A stretch of 64,000 bases of DNA from an uncultured Thermoplasmata archaeon. GTDB lineage: Archaea > Thermoplasmatota > Thermoplasmata > Halarchaeoplasmatales > Halarchaeoplasmataceae. This document shows, one piece after another, positions 49,841-58,763 of this stretch. Each line of letters begins with the position of its first letter. Within the stretch, counting starts at the first letter, position 1. The notes below the pieces were generated by a model. The model was not told where the DNA came from, ran no database searches, and worked only from the letters and a program-made list of their open reading frames with translations. The stretch is taken from positions 1,309 to 65,308 of the forward strand of contig CAZRSB010000002.1 in NCBI GenBank assembly GCA_964602715.1, written 5' to 3'. Position numbers and translations under genes: made by a program.

Positions 49841-50212
49841 TTAAGAATATTTGTCTTCTTTTTCAGCTTTATTTGCTTTTATAAATTTGTTTCTTTCTTT
49901 GTAAGAAGAGACTAACATCATCGATTTTGAATCTTTTACTCCATCTATCTGATTGATCTTTACCGTTAAAAAATCTTTCAGTTCATCATAATTATCGAAG
50001 TGGGCTTTGATAACTACATCATAATTTCCAGTGACTAAGAATACATCTTCCACGTTTATAATTTTTGACATTTTCCTAGCTATCTTATCAGATGCTTCCA
50101 CTTTTATATGGAGAAAAATTAATGACCGAACGGGCTTTTCTCTTGCTTCCTCAAGGGAGGTTTCATCAGATTTATTTCCAACTACCATCATAACCAAAAG
50201 TAGCAAAAACAT
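49841..50212 (-). CDS. stand-alone Lrp/AsnC-type RAM (ligand-binding) domain protein; the true start is likely internal
   Basis: VEDVFLVTGNYDVVIKAHFDNYDELKDFLTVKINQIDGVKDSKSMMLV matches the AsnC C-terminal RAM domain. No HTH is present, and the N-terminal ~40 aa of the ORF look non-native. Confidence 0.45.
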   Translation of the reverse strand: MFLLLLVMMVVGNKSDETSLEEAREKPVRSLIFLHIKVEASDKIARKMSKIINVEDVFLVTGNYDVVIKAHFDNYDELKDFLTVKINQIDGVKDSKSMMLVSSYKERNKFIKANKAEKEDKYS

Positions 50213-50226
50213 ATAAAAAGATTTGC

Positions 50227-51798
50227 TTAGGTATCTTCCTTTTCAGATTCATCTTCTAGCCTTTCTTCAACGCTTTCCCTTACCTTTTCACCGAATCCAG
50301 CAAATTTATCTCCTAAAGGAGAATCTTTTTTATCTTTATCTTCGCTCTCTTTTTTATCTGTTTTATCTTCCTCTTGTCCTTCTTTGTCTTCTTCGTTGGA
50401 CTCGGTCGAGCTTTTTTCTCCATCCTTTGAGGTGATAGATTCTTCTTCTGATTTGCTTTTTTCAGACTCAGAAGTTTCTTCTTTTTCATCGCCGCTTGCA
50501 TCATCTTCTTCTTCCTTATCAGATGAAGACTCTTCTATTTCTTTTTCTTCTGCTTCTTCATCTTTTGATTTTGTCAGTGTGGGCAATTCTGTTATCTCTT
50601 CTTTCTTTTCAAAAGAAGGAGATCCTATTTTTGGTATCCCAACCCCACAGTTGGGACAATTTTCTGTGGCAAAAGACATTTCATTTTTACATTCTGGACA
50701 AACTTTTCTTTTCTCTTTTTTAAAGGGCGAAACCCGTTTATCTATTATAAGTAGGGTTATGTGAGATATAGAGAGAAAAATGAGTAGGCTCAATATCAAA
50801 TAAGTCAAAATGTCGGGAGAAGCATCGTACGCATGATAGATATGAAGGGATAGTGACCCTCCGATCAAAATATTCATGAGGAAGGATGGTAAGAGTAATC
50901 TTTTTTTGATGTAAACTGCTTCACTTGGAGAAAAGTCATAATATTTCAATGATAAGACAGTCAGAAGTAAGATAGCCAGGAAAGAGAGAGTGAGTGATGA
51001 TAGCCAAGAGAGTTCCACAAGATATGCTGGAGAAAGATAAAACAAGACGGGATGAGCATAGACTGAAGGATAGCCTAAAAGCACGACAAGAAGTTCTAAG
51101 GAAGTAAAAATCAGTAGGAAAATTGGGATAGCAAAGGACAAAAACAAAAACAAGCCTTTGAATAAGTTGAACCTTGTGATCGTCTTCCGTTCGACACGAT
51201 CTTTTTCGACCACGATATCTTTTTGCTGTTTACTTTTCACTTCTTTTTCTAGAGGTTTTTCCTCCTCAGGACTTTCCTTTTTTCTCTTATCTTCTAATAT
51301 CTCTTCGATCGTTTTATCCTCATCGTATTCTTTTCTTTTTTCTTTCCATTCGAATTCCCCGACATCTTTAGTTAGATCTTCAACACTGATTTCTTCCGAT
51401 TTGCTATCCTCGATTTCTTCTTCTTTTTTTGGTTCCTCTTTTTGCTCGTCAGCCACATACACTTTTTTTGCATTTTCTAGGATACTGTCTGAGGTATCAA
51501 AACTGAAACGATAGATTCCAGCGAGTTCTCTCATCCCTCCATCAACGATTTCTTTTGGGCTTTTGAACCCATTATCGTACAGTATCTCGGCTTCTTTTTT
51601 GCTGATACCTGGGATATTAAGTAATCTTTTCAATGCTATTTCTTTTTCTTCACTTATATCTTCATCGAGAGAGACCTTATCCTTTTTCAAAGATTCTCCA
51701 CATCTAGGACATCTCATGGATTTTGATGAAGTGGTGAATCCACAACTTGAGCATTCGATTATATTATCAGAGATCATTTTTCCCACCACCCGACCCAT
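50227..51798 (-). CDS. membrane protein with N-terminal zinc ribbon and HhH motif, 4-5 TM helices, a second zinc ribbon and a long acidic Ser/Glu/Lys-rich tail
   Basis: CSSCGF...CPRCGE zinc ribbon; LLNIPGISKKEAEILYDNGFKSPKEIV is a classic helix-hairpin-helix motif; TM helices at aa ~200-330; CPECKNE...CPNCG zinc ribbon; then low-complexity E/K/S/D tail. Paralogous to 55758..56624. Confidence 0.45.
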   Translation of the reverse strand: MGRVVGKMISDNIIECSSCGFTTSSKSMRCPRCGESLKKDKVSLDEDISEEKEIALKRLLNIPGISKKEAEILYDNGFKSPKEIVDGGMRELAGIYRFSFDTSDSILENAKKVYVADEQKEEPKKEEEIEDSKSEEISVEDLTKDVGEFEWKEKRKEYDEDKTIEEILEDKRKKESPEEEKPLEKEVKSKQQKDIVVEKDRVERKTITRFNLFKGLFLFLSFAIPIFLLIFTSLELLVVLLGYPSVYAHPVLFYLSPAYLVELSWLSSLTLSFLAILLLTVLSLKYYDFSPSEAVYIKKRLLLPSFLMNILIGGSLSLHIYHAYDASPDILTYLILSLLIFLSISHITLLIIDKRVSPFKKEKRKVCPECKNEMSFATENCPNCGVGIPKIGSPSFEKKEEITELPTLTKSKDEEAEEKEIEESSSDKEEEDDASGDEKEETSESEKSKSEEESITSKDGEKSSTESNEEDKEGQEEDKTDKKESEDKDKKDSPLGDKFAGFGEKVRESVEERLEDESEKEDT

Positions 51799-52576
51799 TC
51801 AATATTTTCTTGTAGAATATGTAAGAAGCGATAATAGTGCCTATAATGGCTATGAGAAAATTGAGGGGCGTATAATTATATATTTCAGGTCCGATATCTT
51901 CTGCTATTGTTCTTGGTATCTCTCTAAGGCTGGGGTCAGAAACAGGATCTTCTCTGATGAAATTCCAACCTATCCGCAGATCAAATTCGTCCTGATTCAG
52001 ATATCTAGACGGCCTAAATATGTTCACAATGGTTAGCTTACTAGTTTCATCTTTTTCGAGAGTTAATTCTCTGTTGTGAGATCCGTTCATTATGGGTTCT
52101 GTCTGGTTTTGCTTTTCTAGCGTGTCTTTTTCTACACTGATATCTTGAGGCCTGATTATTCCATCGAAAATGGCAAACCCAACATCATTTTTTTCTATAG
52201 CCCCATCAACGATCGCTTCTATTTCGACGCTAACATTGACTCTTCTGTTCCTCTCATTCGTTATCTTCAAGTAATCATGAAATCTTCCATAGGTTAGATC
52301 TATAGGTTCTTTAGTTTTAGTTTCTGGAAAGTCAGAAACGCTGATCCATTCATCCTCTCTTAGCTCATCGCTGATTTGAACGTGAAAAGGTTCATCGTAT
52401 CGGGCCGGCACTTCTGGTATTCCAAACCATATAATCGAAGCTCCTATAACTCCTGTTAGTAGGATTATTATGATGAACCACACGGGTATGGTTTTCCATA
52501 TAATTTTAGAGGATTCCATCTTCATTCCCCTGCTTTTAAGACGGCACATCCAAGGTAATCGGAGTGACCAAATCAT
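51767..52576 (-). CDS. N-terminally anchored acidic surface protein of the conserved G-x-x-G-A-x-I-W anchor family (P4)
   Basis: N-terminus KT-IPVWFIIIILLTGVIGASIIWFGIPEVPARYDEP. Shares LTYGRFH.Y..I and GFAIFDGII.P motifs with 54316..54861 and 54920..55543. Has a C-terminal hydrophobic helix. The start is probably the internal MKMESS. Confidence 0.4.
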   Translation of the reverse strand: MIWSLRLPWMCRLKSRGMKMESSKIIWKTIPVWFIIIILLTGVIGASIIWFGIPEVPARYDEPFHVQISDELREDEWISVSDFPETKTKEPIDLTYGRFHDYLKITNERNRRVNVSVEIEAIVDGAIEKNDVGFAIFDGIIRPQDISVEKDTLEKQNQTEPIMNGSHNRELTLEKDETSKLTIVNIFRPSRYLNQDEFDLRIGWNFIREDPVSDPSLREIPRTIAEDIGPEIYNYTPLNFLIAIIGTIIASYIFYKKILNGSGGGKNDL

Positions 52577-52615
52577 TCCTGAATTTTCGCTTTAAGGTGT
52601 TTTTGTCCTATACAA

Positions 52616-54280
52616 TCATATATTTGATTTTCGAACCATTAAAAATTTCTCTAAAGATATCAAAGGTCGAATTAGTTTTATAGAGATATCTTCATCTTCA
52701 GTCCCTTCATAAAGGTCTAAATTGTTTAGATTATCGTTCATCTCTAATGAACGTTGGTGAGCAGTTACTGGATTTTCGTCTAAGACATCTTGTGCCCTTA
52801 ATTGGATTGTCCTGTTTATCGCTTGTAATATAGGATAACCATCTTCAACAGCATTATCGTGGTCTTCATCAACAGTTTCCCAAATATCATCGAAATCAAA
52901 GCCGTCCATGTTATCTTTAGCCTCAGTCCCAATCATCTCATCTGTTGTCAAACCTTCTCCACCAGCAGAATCCTCTTTTTCACTTGTTTCCGTATCCCAA
53001 TATGAATCGATCACCCGACCGGCATTCTGACCTTGCCCTTCTGTGTTACCTACTAATCCACCCACTTTTTCCCCACCTTCAACATATCCAGTAGAGTACG
53101 AATTGCGAATTTCTCCTCTCCAATCAACACAGCCAGCGAGACCTCCGACTCTTTCAGCATTTTCTGCATAGACATTTCCCAGTGCGTAAGAATCAATCAC
53201 ATTCCCTTTTTGAGAAAATCCTACCAAACCGCCAAATTTATCTCCGCCGTTTTCTGAAATATCGTTTACAGTGACATTGGCAAAACTTCTCCTTATTTCA
53301 GGGTTATCTCTCCCACCTGGAGTTTCTCTAAAACTGTTGTGAGAACCTACTAGGCCGCCAACAGCACCTGAGCCACTGACTGACCCATTATATACCGAAG
53401 AATTTTGGATTATGGTATTTTCACTTCCTGTCGTTCTGCCAACTAGAGCACCGACACCTCTATCTCCTTCAATAGTAACATTTCTAAGATTTACATTTTC
53501 TATCCTAGTATCTTCATCTCTACTTTCTTCAAAACCGATATGACCAAAAAGAGCGGTATTGCTAAGATAGGGTCTATTGATATGAAGGTTTGTTATATTG
53601 TGTCCGTTTCCGTCAAAATTGCCGTGAAATTTTACGGTATCATCTCCTATGGGTAAAAAACCTCGTCCTTCATCCCAAAATTCAGTTTCTTTTGCATCGA
53701 TGTCTTCACATAATTTGTAATAGGCTCCAGGTTCATTTATGATAGATTGAAGTCCAGTTATATTTACTATACAATATGGATTTTCCTTCGTTCCATCGCC
53801 TGTTTCAGTTACATTTTCAAGGTCTTGCGTGATAAAATAGGTTCTAGCTCCGGTAACCTCTATCTTCCTTTCTTCAGTCTCGTTGATGGCGACTGTTTTG
53901 TATTCGTATAAGGTATTATTTTCCAGACCATCGTCTTCTGTGATGGTCGTATTGAACCTTCTAGTTTCATCGAATTGAATCTTCTGACTGTCGGTTTCGT
54001 TCCAATCCTCTGGATCTTCTTCCCCGAAATCATATTCTCTCCATCTAAATGAAACGTTAGCTTCGTCTATCCTTCTCATATGTCTCAGGTTTCCGTTCAA
54101 TGTAGCACTCGGATTGCTGACATTCGAGGCAGCTTCAGTATCCACTATGAGTGCTTCTTCATCATAATCTATAGGTTGTTCTACCCTTGAGATCCAGATG
54201 CCTGCCCCATAGACTACACTAACCAAAAGTACGACGATAGCCAGATAGGCATAAGTTTTTTTTCTTTTTTTACTCTTCAT
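52616..54280 (-). CDS. large anchored surface protein with GLUG-motif / right-handed beta-helix repeats (adhesin-like) (P3)
   Basis: N-terminus KKT-YAYLAIVVLLVSVVYGAGIWISRVEQPIDYDEE. The central region has iterated VGGLVG...N.G.I.NSY..G.V repeats (GALVGRTTG, AVGGLVGSHNS, FGGLVGFSQKG, VGGLAGC, VGGLVGNTEG) typical of GLUG / beta-helix adhesin modules. Has N-glycosylation sequons. Confidence 0.5.
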   Translation of the reverse strand: MKSKKRKKTYAYLAIVVLLVSVVYGAGIWISRVEQPIDYDEEALIVDTEAASNVSNPSATLNGNLRHMRRIDEANVSFRWREYDFGEEDPEDWNETDSQKIQFDETRRFNTTITEDDGLENNTLYEYKTVAINETEERKIEVTGARTYFITQDLENVTETGDGTKENPYCIVNITGLQSIINEPGAYYKLCEDIDAKETEFWDEGRGFLPIGDDTVKFHGNFDGNGHNITNLHINRPYLSNTALFGHIGFEESRDEDTRIENVNLRNVTIEGDRGVGALVGRTTGSENTIIQNSSVYNGSVSGSGAVGGLVGSHNSFRETPGGRDNPEIRRSFANVTVNDISENGGDKFGGLVGFSQKGNVIDSYALGNVYAENAERVGGLAGCVDWRGEIRNSYSTGYVEGGEKVGGLVGNTEGQGQNAGRVIDSYWDTETSEKEDSAGGEGLTTDEMIGTEAKDNMDGFDFDDIWETVDEDHDNAVEDGYPILQAINRTIQLRAQDVLDENPVTAHQRSLEMNDNLNNLDLYEGTEDEDISIKLIRPLISLEKFLMVRKSNI

Positions 54281-54315
54281 ATATTTCCCTATCCAGTTTT
54301 TTTAGATTCTGTTGA

Positions 54316-54861
54316 TCAGTTGTCTTCTTCTCCGGTAATATCTCTGAACTCCCATTTTACATTGTGTTCATTCAGTTCAGTCTCTAGGTCTTCACTGAGA
54401 GTATATACCACGGTAAAAAATTCTTCATCTTGGGCTGATATATTGGCTATATCTGATATTTCTCCCCATTCCTCAACATCGAACTCCTCATCAGCACCTG
54501 GATCAACTATACCTTCTAGGATAGTGAACCCCATCTCATTATTGAAATCCTCCGGTTCTTCGATTTCATAAGATATATTCACGTCCCTTTCACTGTGCGT
54601 ATTGTTCAGAAAAGCATAGGTATAGTACTGATCTATCGGTTCTGAGTGGTTAAAATCTGCTTCATGTATTTTAGTAGTATCTCTAAGAGTGATGTTTTCC
54701 CATTCAGGGTGCCTTTCCTCGTCACTCATCTGGATATTTATCGCTTCGTGGTAATCGACTGAAACTTCGGTGTCCATGATCCATATGGCTGCACCGTAAA
54801 CTACACCTACTATCAGAACTAAAGCTATGATGATCGCGGGTGCAGTTTTGAAGGTGAGCAT
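54316..54861 (-). CDS. N-terminally anchored acidic surface protein (P2), same family
   Basis: N-terminus FKT-APAIIIALVLIVGVVYGAAIWIMDTEVSVDYHEA; paralogous core to P1 and P4. Confidence 0.4.
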   Translation of the reverse strand: MLTFKTAPAIIIALVLIVGVVYGAAIWIMDTEVSVDYHEAINIQMSDEERHPEWENITLRDTTKIHEADFNHSEPIDQYYTYAFLNNTHSERDVNISYEIEEPEDFNNEMGFTILEGIVDPGADEEFDVEEWGEISDIANISAQDEEFFTVVYTLSEDLETELNEHNVKWEFRDITGEEDN

Positions 54862-54919
54862 GGTGAGGTCGCCTGGTGGTTAATGAGGGAAAGAGGGGTA
54901 TAAGAGAAGTGATTTAGTT

Positions 54920-55543
54920 TTACTCGACGTCAGTTACGTCTTCAAAGTACCATTCTATCACGTATCCGTCTACATCATACGGAGATTCATTTTCCTCCTC
55001 GTTTCTGTTAGTGTATACTACTGTTCTCGTTTCATCATCACCACCTGTCAACTCAATTTCGATTGGTTCATCTAGAGATTCTCGCTGTACTGAATAATGA
55101 GTTTCCTCATATTTTACTCGCCAATCGTATTCACTATCCCAAGACCATTCTTCGATATCTTCTGGACCTACCTCTCCTTCTAATACTACAAATGCAATCT
55201 CATCTGTCTCTGAGTCGCCGTCATCATAAGCTGTGACATCGATCTCTATTGTCACATCATCCTTTCCATCTTCTGGATTATCAATTTCGATGTATTGGTG
55301 GAAAGATTCGTATGTCAAGTCTGCTTCATGTTCATGTTCATGTGAATCTCTTAGATGAAATTCACCGTCTCCATAGGTAGTTCCATCATCATCTGTTTCA
55401 CTATATAGGGTTACTAATACAGGCTCATCATAATCCACCGGCACATCCACAGTCAAGAACCATATTCCTGCACCTAGCACTGTTCCTGAGATAAGCACCA
55501 ACACCATCAGATATACTGGGATTCCCTTCAGTTTGTTTTTCAT
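54920..55543 (-). CDS. N-terminally anchored acidic surface protein (P1), same family
   Basis: N-terminus KLKG-IPVYLMVLVLISGTVLGAGIWFLTVDVPVDYDEP; His/Asp-rich segment (HLRDSHEHEHEAD); paralogous core. Confidence 0.4.
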   Translation of the reverse strand: MKNKLKGIPVYLMVLVLISGTVLGAGIWFLTVDVPVDYDEPVLVTLYSETDDDGTTYGDGEFHLRDSHEHEHEADLTYESFHQYIEIDNPEDGKDDVTIEIDVTAYDDGDSETDEIAFVVLEGEVGPEDIEEWSWDSEYDWRVKYEETHYSVQRESLDEPIEIELTGGDDETRTVVYTNRNEEENESPYDVDGYVIEWYFEDVTDVE

Positions 55544-55757
55544 TTTTTTCGTTATCTCCTCGCAGGTCAGGGACTTGAACCCCTATCCCACGGAATATGA
55601 ATCAGAAATGGTTTTTTTGAGTATCTGTTACTTCTCTGACTTGCAATCTTATATATTTGAGTAGATATTATAAGTATATTGTGGTCGAAATACAAACAAT
55701 GATTACCAATACTCCCATATTTATAAATATTCGAACCTGATATAATAGACGGGAAAG

Positions 55758-56624
55758 ATGGTAGAGATCAACTCTGGTGAGGGTAGGAAAAACGAAAAAC
55801 CAGACAAGGAAGAGTCAATCAAGGACCTAATTTCACTCCCTTCTGTGGATGAGGAAAAAGCTGAAGTTCTTTATGAGAACGATTTTTATTCTCCAGAAGA
55901 TATAGTCGAAAGAGGTATGAAAGGCCTCTCTGAGATATACATGTTCGGCTTTGAAACTGCAAAGCAGATATTGAAAGAGGCGAGAGAATATGAGAAGGAT
56001 GAGGAAGAAGAGATAGAAGAAACAGTTTCATCTAAAAAAACAGAAAAGGATGTTGGAGTAAAATCTAAGCAGGAAGGAAAGGAAAAACGAGAGAAGATAA
56101 AAAAAGCTAAGCAGAAGGAAGAACCTTTGTTTAGACCCTTAAAATTCAATCATAGTGAATGGAATTTAGGCGGTAAATTGATTTTTTATTCTACAGTTAT
56201 AGCCATATTATCCAACATATTGCCCTGGGCTAGAGATATGAGCAGTTTTGGCTTTGAGGATGGGACAACTTTGTTTTTGTTGTTCTATATATACCCCTTT
56301 ATCGCACTGACCATGGACAAGCCGATACATGACTATCTGGGCTATTTGATGGGGATCTTTGGGATACTCTTCCCAACAGTCCTTTACTTCTTTTATCCTG
56401 GGAGACCTTTAATAGATGAGATGAGTTATGGCTTTATACTGTTCATCGCCGCTTGCATCATCTTGATCTTAGGTGTAGGAACTTACGAACGATACGAACG
56501 TCATCTCTTTGAAGAGAAAGAAATGGTTATAGAAACAAAAGAATGTTCCGACTGTGGATCTAAGATGGAATATGTTGATAATCTGGAAAGGTGGTACTGT
56601 GAAAAATGTGATGAGTTGAAGTGA
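55758..56624 (+). CDS. membrane protein with HhH motif, ~4 TM helices and a C-terminal zinc ribbon; shorter paralog of 50227..51798
   Basis: DLISLPSVDEEKAEVLYENDFYSPEDIVERGMKGLSEIYMFGFETAKQILKEA aligns with the HhH region of 50227..51798. K/E-rich linker, TM helices, then CSDCGS...CEKCDE. Confidence 0.45.
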   Translation: MVEINSGEGRKNEKPDKEESIKDLISLPSVDEEKAEVLYENDFYSPEDIVERGMKGLSEIYMFGFETAKQILKEAREYEKDEEEEIEETVSSKKTEKDVGVKSKQEGKEKREKIKKAKQKEEPLFRPLKFNHSEWNLGGKLIFYSTVIAILSNILPWARDMSSFGFEDGTTLFLLFYIYPFIALTMDKPIHDYLGYLMGIFGILFPTVLYFFYPGRPLIDEMSYGFILFIAACIILILGVGTYERYERHLFEEKEMVIETKECSDCGSKMEYVDNLERWYCEKCDELK

Positions 56625-57491
56625 TCAATCCTTTCCACCTATCTTTTTCACCATGAACAGACATGGATTGTTCTCATCCCAAAGTTCTTTGAACTCTTCC
56701 AACGGGATAAATCCTACACTCCTGTAAAATCCTCTTGTTTTGTCGTATAGTCCATCGTCTTCTCGAGAAGGTCCTAGAGTTTTGACTGTAAGATATATCT
56801 TTCCTTGCCTTAAAAGATATTCTTCTACATTTTCCATCATTTTCTTCCCTATACCTCTCCCTTGTAGTTCTTTAAACAACCCCATAACGAAGATTTCAGC
56901 TGTAAATTCATTATGCTCCTTCAAAGAAACAAATCCTACCGGAATGTCTCCCAAGTTGACTGATAAAAAATATTTGTCCTTAACTCCTTCAACATAGTCT
57001 TCAACAGCTTCTTCGATTCCAAAGTACCCAGGAAGCGCCCTAAGTATGGTTTCACATACCTCACTCTTTATATTTTCTTCAGAAACATTTATAAAATTTA
57101 TAAAATTTTCGAATATGTCGTTATCGATTTTTTTGTGCATCTCCTCACACTTTCCTATCCACTTTTCTCTAAATTTTTCCTCATTCACTATTCTACCTTC
57201 TAGATCTGATATCTCTTTGATCCCTTCTTTTTCACACCAATCTACACATATCATATATTCAAGCCAACCCAGATCTTCATCATCTTTGTAGACCTCAACA
57301 TTTTTTCTTCCATTTTTCAAAAGTTCATACGCTCTGTGATGACCGTCAGTGAAGAACAACCTATCTCCGATCCGTCGGACAGGTAGGGGTTCTAGGTCTT
57401 CGTTCCGCACTTCTAGATTTTTCAACTTATCTCTGCATAGATATAGTTGACTGGGCTGGATTTCACTCAGCTTGATATGCTCCTTTTTCAT
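56625..57491 (-). CDS. ParB/sulfiredoxin-like domain fused to a GNAT N-acetyltransferase
   Basis: N-terminal IKLSEIQPSQLY...PLPVRRIGDRLFFTDGHHRAYEL (ParB/Srx DGHHR motif). C-terminal GNAT motif A LQGRGIGKKMMENVEEYL plus an upstream FVSLKEHNEFTAEIFVMGLF beta-strand region. Confidence 0.6.
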   Translation of the reverse strand: MKKEHIKLSEIQPSQLYLCRDKLKNLEVRNEDLEPLPVRRIGDRLFFTDGHHRAYELLKNGRKNVEVYKDDEDLGWLEYMICVDWCEKEGIKEISDLEGRIVNEEKFREKWIGKCEEMHKKIDNDIFENFINFINVSEENIKSEVCETILRALPGYFGIEEAVEDYVEGVKDKYFLSVNLGDIPVGFVSLKEHNEFTAEIFVMGLFKELQGRGIGKKMMENVEEYLLRQGKIYLTVKTLGPSREDDGLYDKTRGFYRSVGFIPLEEFKELWDENNPCLFMVKKIGGKD

Positions 57492-57513
57492 TTATATACT
57501 CTTAGATGTAGCA

Positions 57514-58701
57514 TCAAGCTGGTATATCAGATTTTTCAAAAACTATCAGTGCAGCTACAAATACAATAACCCCAATAATAACGAGCAAAATAAAGTCTTC
57601 GATTTTAAAAACATTGTCTAATAATATGGAATTATAGTCCCAATAAGTCGCGATGGTAAAAGTTCTCAAGAAATCGATAGCTTCTACCATATGTCCTGCC
57701 ATATGGAAAACATATTGTACAAGGATAACTCCAAAAGTAATTCCGATAGCAGACCGGGAGCTCTTGAATATGACTGCAAAAAGCATCGAGATCGCGATGA
57801 TAACTAAAAATAGTGGCCATGAGGCCAAAATAGACACTAAAAAAGTCAAAGTTCCTACACCTTCTAACTCTCCAATAGAGTAAGCAGAAAGAGTAATAGA
57901 TAGTCCTGTCATCAATAAAAGAACAAAAAGGAATAGACTTAGGGCCATGAACTTTTCTATCAAGTACTGCTTTTTAGAAAGAGGAGTTGAAAAAATGATA
58001 TCCATCCTGCGGTCATCAAAATCACTTCCTACACTCTTTACTGAGATATAGGCAAGATACAGCCCTACCAGCAATATAAACCAGGAATAGACCTCAACGG
58101 AAAAGAAACCTTCTATCTCATCCATCCTTACATCTTCTCGTCCAGCTGTAAACATTCTAAAGTAAGGTGTGTCCATCAATTCTTCTAAAGGATCGTCAGG
58201 TTCAACTGTAGAGTTGATGCCTACAGTGACCATCCCCTGCTCCAGCTCCAAGATCAAATCTTCAAATTCTTCTTCATCTAAATACCCATCAACGTCCTTT
58301 AAATCTTCTATAGCATCCATGTCCAAGACAGCGATGACTGCAAAATATCTCTCTTCTGGATCATCTTCAGTATGATTTATAGTAAATATTCTTTCTTCGA
58401 TTTCATCTCCTACAACTCTAGAAGTAGCCATGTGTGAAGATCTGTCTTCTAAAACACGGTAATGTTCAGTATATTCGTGGAACTCCCACTCCCAAGTCAA
58501 ATTTATTATCTCTACTTCATCTACATCTTCCCGAATCAGACTGACCAATTCTTGACCCTCTAGTTCTTCTTCTTTGAATTCCTCTTCAACTACTGGGTAT
58601 AACTGTCCCATCAATCCTACGATAAGCACAACAATAACTAAAAAGATCAGTAACCCCTTCCAACCCTTTTTAAATTCCATCAACATCGTTTTACCGAACA
58701 T
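57514..58701 (-). CDS. ABC-2-type exporter permease with a large acidic extracellular domain (paralog A)
   Basis: N-terminal TM (WKGLLIFLVIVVLIVGLMG), ~170-aa acidic loop, then 5 C-terminal TM helices; ends FEKSDIPA. Paralogous to 58764..59840. Confidence 0.55.
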   Translation of the reverse strand: MFGKTMLMEFKKGWKGLLIFLVIVVLIVGLMGQLYPVVEEEFKEEELEGQELVSLIREDVDEVEIINLTWEWEFHEYTEHYRVLEDRSSHMATSRVVGDEIEERIFTINHTEDDPEERYFAVIAVLDMDAIEDLKDVDGYLDEEEFEDLILELEQGMVTVGINSTVEPDDPLEELMDTPYFRMFTAGREDVRMDEIEGFFSVEVYSWFILLVGLYLAYISVKSVGSDFDDRRMDIIFSTPLSKKQYLIEKFMALSLFLFVLLLMTGLSITLSAYSIGELEGVGTLTFLVSILASWPLFLVIIAISMLFAVIFKSSRSAIGITFGVILVQYVFHMAGHMVEAIDFLRTFTIATYWDYNSILLDNVFKIEDFILLVIIGVIVFVAALIVFEKSDIPA

Positions 58702-58763
58702 GATATCTTTCTCCGATCCAGTTTGTTGATTTCAAACATAATTCATTTATCATCTCTTTCACC

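Noticed and set aside
50313-50764. Multiple overlapping ORFs on both strands (63-126 aa) at the 3' end of 50227..51798
   Set aside because: They are produced by the low-complexity GAA/GAT/TCT-rich sequence encoding the acidic Ser/Glu tail. All translate to homopolymer-like peptides.
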